Below, one piece after another: positions 52,758 to 64,000 of a stretch of DNA of 64,000 bases. Location of the stretch: assembly GCF_006345805.1 (NCBI RefSeq), contig NC_042997.1, positions 19,530,001 through 19,594,000 on the forward strand. The letters run 5' to 3'. Both the position numbers and the translations under genes were made by a program. The number at the start of each line of letters is the position of its first letter. The stretch's first letter is position 1. The stretch comes from Octopus sinensis. Lineage: Eukaryota. The notes below the pieces were generated by a model. That model did no database searches. It saw nothing but the letters and a program-made list of their open reading frames with translations, and was not told the origin of the DNA.

Positions 52758-53557
52758 TTGAAATTTACAGAAAAACAAAAGATGAAGACAGGTGTATAAA
52801 CAACAAACAGGTGTATTAGTTTAAGGCTCAGGAAGGTGAGGAAGTCTTTTATGCTTCAAGCCTACTCTCTTCAACAGAAAGGAACTCGAGGAAATAAACT
52901 GAGAGAATAAAAAAAAAGACTTTTGGAGCTATATACATATATGCCTGAAGATTGTGTTAGGACACCAGACATGTTAAAAAATATTGTCTGGCATACTCAC
53001 ACCACATGAAGCTAATAGTAGCACATAAAAACGTATATTACTTTTATTAATAATATATATATATATATCACCTTAAATGATGATGATATATGTAACTATA
53101 TATGTACATGTAAATAGATAAATATATATATAATATATACATCATTCAACCACTACCGTGGCTGAATATATTTTTAAGTCCAACATTTCATCAATCGCAG
53201 TAGCTTCGAAGCTTCACCACAAATTCAGTTCTCAACTAAATTGCAAACTGTTAACAGTTTTAAAGAGGACACCTCCTCAGTTACACTTTGGCATAAATAG
53301 TTTGAGATTTGGTTCAGTAGAAAAAAGTTACATCAAAATATCTGTGACCTGAAGGGGGGGGGGGCAGTAAGATACCTGTTCACTTTAAATTAACATAAAC
53401 TTTTTAATTTTAAAATAAAAGTATACTTTTATTAGGCTTAAATGATAGAAAAATGTATGAGGAATTCAGAATCATTAGTCACAGTGAACAAAAATTAGTA
53501 GAAGAAAAATTATGGGGTGAAATACCACGAAATCTCGTGTAAGAGCGTAAGGCAGTA

Positions 53558-53842
53558 ATATTCTTTAGATCTAAAATTCTATTTACTTATGTATATGATG
53601 GGCCGATTGACAGACACGTTTGATAGATAATGATGAAAGCATTTTTATGTTGACACAAGTTCCATGAAAACACCAAATATGATAGGCATAGGTAAGACAT
53701 ATATATATAGTAGGGTGCCAAGAGCACCATCCGAGCATGATCGTTGCCAGAGCAGCCAACTGGCTTCCGTTCCCGTGGCACATACAAGCGCACCATTCGA
53801 GTGTGATCGTTACCAACGTCGCTTCAGGTGCCAGTCGCTACA
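53558..53842. repeat. Inverted duplicate of 55101-55392
   Basis: Near-identical reverse complement, including RTE UTR and unique flank. Confidence 0.9.
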
Positions 53843-54544
53843 ATAAGAATATTAAAGAATATTCAAGAATATCAATAAGAATATTAAAGAATATAATGCT
53901 AAAATGAATGGTTTCGTTCTAAGGTGGCAAGCTGCCAGAAACGTTAGTGTGCTGGGCGAAGTACTTAGCAGTATTTTGCCTGTGTTTATGTTTTGAGTTC
54001 AAATTCTGCCGAGGTCGACTTTGCTTTTTATGCATTTCAGATCTATTTAATTTGACATACAGATTATTTAATTAATTTTTTTAACTAAGCACTTTGAAAC
54101 TTCCGTTACTAGTACAATGTGTTACATACAACAGGGTTTACTCTTAACGTTTTTGACAAAATTTTGTATTTTAGAAGTTATTTCATCACAAATTACAGAA
54201 TAACAATGGACAAATTCGTGTTTGATAAGAGCCAATACATGAAACTCTCAGGTTTTGACTTACTCTCTAACTTCTGCTGATGATATATATGCATATTATA
54301 CATATATGTGTAAAAAAATCTTATTATGCAATGGAACCAATGAAAAAGCCTCTACCTGGTCACATGACACGCTAAAAATAGCAGCCAATCTATCTCCCTA
54401 CCCAGTATTTTATAATGTAAAATCCTTATTAATTATCCAGGCAACAATGCCTGGAAATATATTAATATATATATATATATTAATAGTAATGGTAAGACAA
54501 CATAAGAATGAATGATACCTCGAAATTATGTAAATAGAGGAATT

Positions 54545-54795
54545 TATCTGTAATATAATATGTGACAATTATTTGGTTGTCATAATAAGACTCCAATTTT
54601 CAGATGTCCGGCCGGAAAACTGCTCTAGCATCTTGTCAGTTATAGAGGCAATTAAAATATGCCATGAAAATTTCATAGCATTTTTTGATTGCCTCCATAA
54701 CTGACAAGATGCTGGAGCAGTTTTCTGCCCCGACATACGAAACTTGGAGTCTTATTATGACAAACGAATAATTGCTACATATTATATTACAGATA
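54545..54795. mobile_element. 251-bp head-to-head element with degenerate type I hammerhead in each arm
   Basis: 125-bp arms about 88% complementary; plus arm ATAA-CTGACAA-stem II-GAA-ACTTGGAGT-C-TTAT (54697-54755). Confidence 0.65.
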
Positions 54796-54809
54796 TGTAT
54801 ATATATATA

Positions 54810-55230
54810 TCATCATCATCGTTTAACGTCCGTCTTCCATACTAGCATGGGTTGGACGATTTTGACTGAGGGCTGGCGAGCCAGATGGCTGCACCAGGCT
54901 CCAATCTTGATCTGGCATAGTTTCTACAGCTGGATGCCCTTCCTAATGCCAACCACTCCGAGAATGTAGTGGGTGCTTTTTACGTGCCACCGGTACGGAG
55001 GCCATTCAGTCGGTACTGGCAATGACCTCGCTCGAATCTTTTTACACGTGCCACTGGCACCTGTAGCGACGTTGGTAATGAGTGGCATGTTGGTAACGAC
55101 TGTAGCGACTGGCACCTGAAGCAACGTTGGTAATGATCACACTCGAATGGTGCGCTTGTATGTGCCACGGGAACGGAAGCCAGTTGGCTGCTCTGGCAAT
55201 GATCATGCTCGGATGGTGCTCTTGGCACCC
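54810..55230 (-). mobile_element. RTE 3'UTR fragment
   Basis: (CAT)n and UTR repeats; scrambled at about 55030-55137. Confidence 0.88.
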
Positions 55231-55984
55231 TACTATATATATATATATGTCTTACCTATGCCTATCATATTGGGTGTTTTCATGGAACTTGTGTCAACAT
55301 AAAAATGCTTTCATCATTATCTATCAAACGTGTCTGTCAATCGGCCCATCATATACATGTTAAGTAAATAGATCTTTAGATCTAAAGAATATCCCTCTTC
55401 ACTCAACTGTGGTGTCTGCTCATTGAATTACTATGTAACATGATTCCTAGGGCAACATCAGCTGATACAGTGTACAACAAGTTTGGTCCTTTGAATTACA
55501 GGTGCAGTCAATATGTAGGGCTTCTGCAGTATTTCTCTACTTAATTTCCCAAACACAATATGGTCAAAAGAACGTTATGGTAAAAGACACTTCCTTATGC
55601 CACACACTGGGATCAAATATAGGACGTTATAGCTGCAAAGTACACTTGCTAGTCACTTAACCATGCTTATCACCATATATATATATATATGTGTATATAT
55701 ATGGTGATAAGCATGGCTAAGTGACTAGCAATATGATAGGCATAGGTAAGACATAAATTAATTTTTTAACCAATTAAATTCTGTAATTTTCAGTAGACAC
55801 CACAACAAAAATATTTTATCCATCCTGTTGCCAAGCAGATGTGTGGATATTATGATATTACCTGCATTATAGTAATGAGATTAAGATGAACATTAGTTTG
55901 AGGAAAATTTTGGAGTCAGTATGTTAAAAATTAAGGTATCAGAAATTAATTAAAAAATATATATATACATTACCTGTGTTGCCA

Positions 55985-56325
55985 TACTTGTGCTTGTGCT
56001 GGTGGCATGTGAAAAAAAACATTTGAGTGAGGTCATTGCCAGTGCCGCTGGACTGGTTCCTGTGCAGGCGGCACATAAAAAGCACCATTTGAGTGTGGCC
56101 ATTGCCAGTACCACCTGACTGGCCCTCCTGCCGGTGGCACGTAAAAGCACCCACTACACTCTCAGAGTGCTTGGCATTAGGAAGGGCATCCAGCTGTAGA
56201 AACTCTGCCAGATCAAGCTTGGAGCCTGGTGCAGCCATCTGGTTTGCCAGTCCTCAGTGAAATTGTCCAACCCATGCTAGCATGGAAAACGGACATTAAA
56301 CGATGATGATGATGAATGATGATGA
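55985..56325 (+). mobile_element. RTE 3'UTR fragment
   Basis: UTR plus (GAT)n tail. Confidence 0.88.
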
Positions 56326-58088
56326 ATACTTGTTGAGAGAGAATAGTAGTGACAGCACTACATTAGCTAGGTCTACAGAATAGCTGGAACTGAGTTAAGA
56401 CTAGAAAATCATAGATCTTAAAGTATTTGGGTTAATGAGAAAATCACAACAAAAGAAAAAGCAATTTTATATACTGCTTCAGTCAACATCAGTATGATAA
56501 AGATGTATAAGGGTGAAATATTCACTTCGAAAGCATCTACCAATGGATGCATGCACATTAATTGAAGTTTCTCATATATCATAGAATCCAGTATTTTACT
56601 GAACTAACTTTTCAGGTTCTTCAATTGGGGTAGCTCACAAATGTGCCAATTTATTCCGCAAAGGTGATAGAAGTAGATATCATTCTGAGAATATTCTTGA
56701 TTTAAATTTAGATATAAAATGATTATTTCTTTCTTCATATTGTTTACCAGTGTGGCAAAATAACATGTAACATTTCTACATTTAATTTCATTTGAGTTTT
56801 ACTTTGTTGTTCAGCATTATTTCAATGTTAGTGTTTCTTTTTTTTTTACATACAACGTTGGAAAACTTAGTTACATTGTTCGTTGTGTGGAACTGAAATA
56901 AGTAGTTGCATTGGGGAAACTGGCAATCACAATGAATGTCTGATATATTTAGTACAGAAACATCAATTTTACATTTGAACAACTATTCCTAGTATATCTG
57001 GTGTACTGAAAGAAAAGAATTATCTCATAGAAAGGAATGTAGATGCTTTAATTTGCTGCTGTTCTTACATTGAAGTATTTCTTCTAATTCACTTGAATAT
57101 TAATCTATTTAGTCTATTGGATGGGAGTTTGAGTAACTTATTAATGCATACACTGTTTTACTTTTCTGCTTGTCCCATGTCTTTTTTTTAATTAAGGAGC
57201 ATTACGATTTTGATATTGCTAGAAATTTAGCAGTCACTTGAAAGTGAGAATGACTGGAGAACATGTAACATGCTTTTACTAATTGTTTCAGATACCTAAG
57301 TAGTTGGAAATAGATATAGAACTCTCTTGGTTTTCTGACTCTGAACCTGGGGAAATATCAGAGACGGGACATCTGATGGGGAAGAAAGGACAGCATGAGT
57401 TGTTGTCTAATACACATTTTCAGTTGAGTAGATATGAGCAATGTGAAATGAAGTGCTTTGTTTATGGATACAACACACTGCCAGACACAGAAATTGAACC
57501 CATGACTTATAATTATGAGCTCAATATTTTAACCATTAGGTCACTTGACTTCAGTCAACTACAAAGAGTTTAATAATATGAAACATTGTTTTTTTTGTTT
57601 GCAAAGACATTATTTATTAAATATCTTGGTTTTTGTATCACAAGAATAGCATAAGCTGTGTTTTAGCAAATCATATGAATGTGGTCAACAGGAAGCACAC
57701 TCAATTAAATTTCTACTCTGATAATTTTACTCATTATTTCATACTTCCGTATGTATTATAGTTTTTGATTTGTTTAAGCCATCACAGCTAAATCCTTGCC
57801 AGAGTACCAATTTGCGTTTTTCCTCTTACATTATTTAATTTCAGACTGTGTTAAGTCAATGAGAAGCAGAAACACTATGACGCAGGTCTAGCTGACTTCT
57901 GGTATTTACTTTTGAAAAGGAGCTGTGGATTGGCAGCGTTATTTAGTTGCATCACTATGGTCTGAGTTCAAATCCTGCTAAGGCCAATTTTACATTTCTA
58001 GAGTTGATAAAATAAAATACCAGTGTTATTTAGTTGCATCACTTTGGCCTGAGTTCAAATCCTGCTAAGGCCAATATTACATTTCTAG

Positions 58089-58298
58089 GTTGTCATGCAC
58101 TGATGACTGGTAAATACCCAGAAACCCAGGTCCATACATATCATGTCAGGTCGACGATGGGAAGGATGGCTTCCCTTTGCAAATACTGATAGGGCACAGA
58201 AAGTATGTCATTAGCCAGCTGGAGATGTTCTCCTGGGGCTATAAGCTACAGTAGCATCCAACCTTAATGGTTAGCCACATTTAAGTGGCAAATATATA
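58089..58298 (+). mobile_element. 210-bp structured insert with hammerhead-like core, inside a decayed SINE B
   Basis: CTGATGA-C-TGG..CCA-GAA-ACCCAGGT-C at 58100-58132; several further hairpins. Confidence 0.45.
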
Positions 58299-58749
58299 CT
58301 TCTAAAAAAGTTGATAAAATAAAATACCAGTTATGTATTGGGATCAACTGAATCAACTACACTCTCCCCGAAGTTTTCAACCCTATGCTGTTGCCATTAT
58401 TTAATCCTAGAAGAAAAGGTGATGTCTGTGATCTTGCCAATTCTTCCCAGACCAATGAGGTGGTTGTTGTTATTTTACCTCAAGTCTGCCTTGATGAAGC
58501 AGAGCTATGATCATAAGTATTTCAACTTTGACCAACTAAGGTTGTAATTATCCAGTGAGGAAGGTGTATGACCTAAGTGTTTTGTTATCCAATGAATCAT
58601 TATCTTTATAAAGTAATATGGTATAATGTAAAAGAAATTTGACTGACATTTCTAGCAAACTAAGTGACAACATTGAAAATGCTGATTTATTACTAAGCTT
58701 CAGAACAGTAATACTTATCTTTCTCTACTAATCTGAGTGACTTTTCAGT

Positions 58750-58752
<3 letters not shown>

Positions 58753-58788
<36 letters not shown>

Positions 58789-58803
58789 ACACACACACAC
58801 ACA
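58753..58803. repeat. (CA)n microsatellite
   Basis: Direct reading. Confidence 0.95.
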
Positions 58804-61800
58804 CTCTTTATTTGCCCATTTTATTTGGTTGATCTATCAATAAGCATTTTATTTAATCTATATCTACAAAATTTATTATAACTCAAACTACAATAAGTGA
58901 TATATATGAGCCTACAATTTCTGATTTCCCTCAACTAATTAGTACTGTTTAATGAATGGAGCATCAATTAATTTTTGAAGCAATTTTAATTAAATATTCA
59001 TTTTAGTATCTACTAGTAAATATCTTTAGATGTGTATCTACAAACATATTTACACAGCTCAGTTGAAACTGTTTAGCCGTAATGCAGAGCATTTTCATGG
59101 CAAAGTTACTCTTACACATCTAAAAGATACGGCCTTGTATGTATTATATAACTAGAATTATATACGTGTACATGTGTATACGTGTGCATGTGTGTGTACA
59201 TATATGAATTTGTTCAGTGATGGCTATGATAATTCTTCATTTCCTTATCAAAATATGATTATGTTATCTTCTAGCATTGCAGTTTGTTGTAAGTAGCTCA
59301 TTTAGAACTTGAGAAATATTCTATAACAAGAAATAAACCAAACTTAGAGCTGTGAACAAAAGTTAGTGGAAAATAAATGTCAGAATACAATTACCACAAA
59401 CTTGCTCCTTCAAATACCATATCAGCATCATTATTCGACAAGTTTATTACTTTCTGTCTTAGTGAAATATAATTACAATAATAGGGATTTTATTAAAGAG
59501 AAATTCTTTGTTTAAACCAATTAAAATTTTTAATAATTATTCTGTAGAATAAAGCTGGCAGCACTTTGGACAATTTATACTGGAATATTACATTCTCACA
59601 TCTTTATACTTTGTTAAATGACAGATGTTAAATTATCTAAATTCCTTTTAGAATTCTGAAATTTGATCCCCTACATGGTATCTGATCAACAACAAAAGCA
59701 CTGCTGAGTTTGGAATGCGAAGTGTCACTTCTTGCCAACTGCAAAGGAGTTGCTGGAATGCCTTCCAGGGTGTAATTAGGAACAGGTACAGACCCCCTGA
59801 AGAAATCACAGCATAGTCTGGATAATGTCATAAAGATCATAAAGTAGTCAGTAAAATACAATGATGTCTAAATTGCAGTCTGCATCAATAAGAAAACTAA
59901 TAAAAATTCAATTTCACATGAAACAAATTAAATTTCTTTTTGATCTTTTAAGTAAAAGCAGCAGCAGAATATTTATTTTTAAATCTGAACAGTAACTGTT
60001 ATAGATTGAATAGTAAATTTTAGTTAGAATAATCTTATTTACTTCAGTCCATCTGGACAGAAAGAAGACGGTAGATTAAGCACATTTCTGAATAAACTAT
60101 TTTTATTTAGAATCTTAAACTTGAGAAAATTTACATCGTGATCCTGATGTATAGCCCTCTTGAGAGCAGAAGAAAAAATTATTTTTAGCAAACCCATCAA
60201 TGGATAAATGTATGAAATGGTATCATTTCAGGATGATATTTAACATAATTTTGGTATCTACGTTAGACATAGATTGTTGAATCCATTTTCATTTCATATC
60301 ATAAATTGTTCGAAGACGTTGACAGTGGAAATAATTAATTCTAGGATTCCAAAGGGAGAAAGATATATGCAATTAATATTATCTCCCATTGATGTCGATA
60401 TCATTAAATAATGTTTGTGTAGTAGATATGAGCAACACAATCTCATGTACCTTCCGCTAAATGACTGAGGCTATATACCTACGTTATAAAAGTCACTATT
60501 ATGACAAGTCTTTAATTTTAGTATCTTCTATCTGAAATAAACTCGGAGGCAAGCATCTACACATTGTCAAATGATATATTATCATTTATCATCCAATACT
60601 CAGTATAACATGAATAGTTATTTTATAAAATTTGACACTATTCCAAGTTATATTTTCACAATACAGAATAATTTACCAAGATATACATGGTTTATTTCTT
60701 TTCCTTCAAACTAGATAGAAAATATTTTCTATTGATAATATCTCATATAATGAGAGGTCAAGTATAATTCTGATATACAATATCTTCTAAGAGACATTTC
60801 AAAATTATTCTTATATATTACTAAGCAAAGAAAGTATGATGATAGCTGAATAAGATGTAGTTTAGTAACAGACTAGGAAAAGAGAGAACAAATTTAAACT
60901 AATTTTATTTGATGAATAATTTATAAAATATAACAATACTTTCTTATTAGAAGATATGTTGTTATTTGTATTGATATTCATTCCAAAATAGCAAATAGTT
61001 TTTCTTGAATAGGTGGTAGGTCAGACATAGTTGTTTACTACCTCATTTTGTTTTACTAACCAAGTTATGAACTATAAATGATATCTCAATTATACTCTGT
61101 GTTGATTATCAAATACATTATTTTGTTTTGTTTCAAATAGTTTTGTAACCTAGTATAAATAATTATTGAGTCTGAACAAATATCTTAGTAGCTAGATTTT
61201 TACTGAATTCTTTGAATAGATTCTCTGTTCATTTAATTTATTTGAAAATACTTTTGACTCTAACATACAAAAGGCTTAACGTTTAAAAGTGCTTATGTTT
61301 TAATTAAAACCTTACGTCATCATTTTACTGAAGAATCAGTTATTAACTTATGTTGCAACTACCAAGTTAATAATGAAAACTCTAGTTATTTTTCTTAATT
61401 TCCCAAATATTTTGATTATTTTCAAAATTGATTGAAATTTATAAGCACTGTATTTTATAAGAAACATGTTTAAAAAAAAGAAAATATTTCATCCACATAT
61501 CAGGCATATAGTGATTTCTAGCAATGAAATTAAAATTTCAGAAGAATAATTTTAAATACTCTCAGTGATATAGTTCATGGTTTTATAGAAAACCAGCAGT
61601 GACACTTGTTAAATATTACAAATATGGATTAGTCTCTATGAAAAGAACAATTCTAAAAATTTGGAAGGAAATTTATTTCAAGCTGGTAATATATAGAGAT
61701 CAAGGAAATACATAATGAGGTAGATAAGCATGATCTGATGGAACAAGAATTTGCAAAATAATAATTACAAGAGCAGTAATTTCACAAAAAAAATTCACAC

Positions 61801-63289
61801 ATAGTCTGGCAAACATGCAAAAAAGTATGCCACCTTTACAAAAGATGTAAGGCAATAATCACTGTACATAATGCTCTTATTCCATTGCATAATGAGAATA
61901 GATATTTATCAAAAAATGGTATCTAATGTAGACAAATTTTTTTATAAATATGTGGTCAGCATTTGAATATATTTTAACTAAAAATTATTGTAATTATCAA
62001 TAACTAAAAGAAATTTTGTTGCTATGCAACTGTGCGTGGGAACCTGTTTCTATTGTGGTTCACTTTTGATATCAATATCATTCTATAATTTGGTATTCAA
62101 CAAAGAAATATTTAAATGCAATATAAAAAAGAAACAACAAAAAGAAAGCAAGAAAACTTCTTAAATTTACTATATGCACATTTCTATTTTGCAAAACCAA
62201 TATACATTCAATACATTACACAATTAGACATAAACATCTATTTCTTTCAATGATTCATCAAATTTTAAAATTTATTAAACTTTCTAACTAATAACAGTGA
62301 GTAAAATATAAAAAGAACAAAAATATTTTTGATGTAATTTCTTTGTTGCTATCAGACAAACAACTTCCTTATTGTTAATGTTTTTGTTTTTGTTTTTGAC
62401 TACCATCTAAACTAGTGAAAATATTTGTACCTTACCATTCACTATATTCTACTGGCATTTGTGTTATCAAATGTCAAATAGAAGAAATATCTAAGAAGGA
62501 ACAATATTGTTCAAACTTGAATATGCAAACATAAAATTACTAACTCAGCATTTTATTAGTAAGCCACCATTATATTCATGCAACATATATGTAGAGATTA
62601 AAATCAATAAACCAAAGGCTTTGATATAATGTACTGATATCTCAAATTTGAAATGCTATAAACTTTATAAAAATACACTCAAACCTCACTACATGAATGA
62701 TATCACTGTTGCCAACAATGAAACAATTTCAAGAAATACTGAATAGGTAATGACACATTTTCATCTGCTTACTTTCTCATTTAATTCCTCTGTGAAAGCC
62801 AGAAGCATGATATGCCAATATTATAGCTTTCAGGCATTGTTTTCATCCAACATATTGATCCAATAGAAATGACTTTCAATCAGCTAAAGGGTTAGTAGTT
62901 GTAGATTTCTTTGTTGTTCAGTTTAATCAGTCTACCTACTGAATTTTAGATTTATACATCTATTGATTGCACAGTACTTGAGAAAGTCTAGCAATAGCTG
63001 TCACTGAATTTTCTTTGTTTAGCAAGTTATCTAATAAATTTGCATACTGTTTACGATTAATTCATTGAAAAATTGTGATAATTTAACATACGCTATAATT
63101 TAGTCAATCGCTGGTCAACTTTGACCGTTCTTAATTAATGTCATTCTTCTGATTGAAGTTTTGATAGAAACCAGTATAAATGTTCACAAAAGAAGGATGT
63201 ATTGATTTCTGAGAAATTCTTTTCTTCAATATGAAGAAAGAAATAGAAAATACATGTTGGCGACATTTTTAGCTATTAATCAATTGTAT

Positions 63290-63313
63290 TGTCCTATAAT
63301 AATGATAATAATG

Positions 63314-63350
<37 letters not shown>

Positions 63351-63378
63351 TAACAATAATAATAATAGTAATAATAAT
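63290..63378. repeat. (ATA)n microsatellite
   Basis: Direct reading. Confidence 0.95.
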
Positions 63379-64000
63379 GGCTTATTTTATTCTATTTTTA
63401 TATCGATATTTGTTTCTCTTATCATGGCTCCATGAAAACAAGGAATTAGAAACAAAACTCATTAAAATGAAAATTGACACAAACCATCACAATAGTGCAT
63501 TTCAGGTGCTTGGCAAAATAGACAAAAACTGTCAGAATGTTTAGTGCAGGAATGTAGCAAGGTGGCACAAAAAGAATACAAATGAAAATGAGATAGAGTA
63601 AGAACAAAAGACATGGGAAAGTTAATAAAAACTTGGATTCAAAATACATAAGAATTAGTCACATGATCATCAACCTTAAGCTATTTTTGAAAATGGTTAT
63701 TGTAAGATCCTATGGAATTTCTCAGTATGAGCTGATCATGTAATGGGATAAGATCTAGAATTAAAGATAACTGGTGGTTGTTTGTACTGACAAAAATTAA
63801 TCCATCTGAAAGTTTGTAGGAGAGATCAGGATGTTGATTTGCCTTGAGGTGTAAAAGAATTTATGGACTTTATAATCATATCTTGCCAAATGTTACAGTC
63901 TTTTATTTTTCATGACAAATCAGCTGGCTGAGCTTCTGTACAAAGACTCCAATAGATCTACTAAAAATGGCATGAAGATCAAACAAGAGATAAAAGGATA

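Noticed and set aside
52315-52778. YI-repeat ORFs (also 607-958, 38695-39203, 50780-51152)
   Set aside because: (TA)n contains no stop codons in these frames, so these are not evidence of genes.
53150-53350. Possible Tc1/mariner N-terminal remnant
   Set aside because: Only faint resemblance, with multiple stops and no TIR pair identified.

Overview
AT-rich, repeat-dense eukaryotic DNA. The SINE/RTE repertoire and the (TA)n/(CA)n load resemble Octopus, but that assignment is an inference. No host protein-coding gene, rRNA, tRNA or CRISPR can be supported, and almost all ORF-track entries are microsatellite or SINE read-throughs. The window is a mosaic of tRNA-derived SINEs (at least 3 families, several with clear TSDs), 5'-truncated RTE LINEs, decayed L2/CR1-, Jockey/I- and R4/Dong-like fragments, a Tc1 IR-DR element, an internally deleted mariner, Tc1- and piggyBac-type MITEs, and a non-autonomous Helitron. 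The most notable signal is a set of short, mutually unrelated elements, mostly head-to-head palindromes beside TA-rich tracts, that carry minimal type I hammerhead ribozyme folds. One is essentially intact (411-455, mirrored at 109-153) and lies in a terminally redundant 356-bp unit. Degenerate ones lie at about 19.7 kb, 54.7 kb and 58.1 kb. They look like Penelope-pLTR or retrozyme-like mini-elements. Separately, 53.5-55.8 kb records a multi-step template-switching rearrangement. All structures were folded and aligned by eye.
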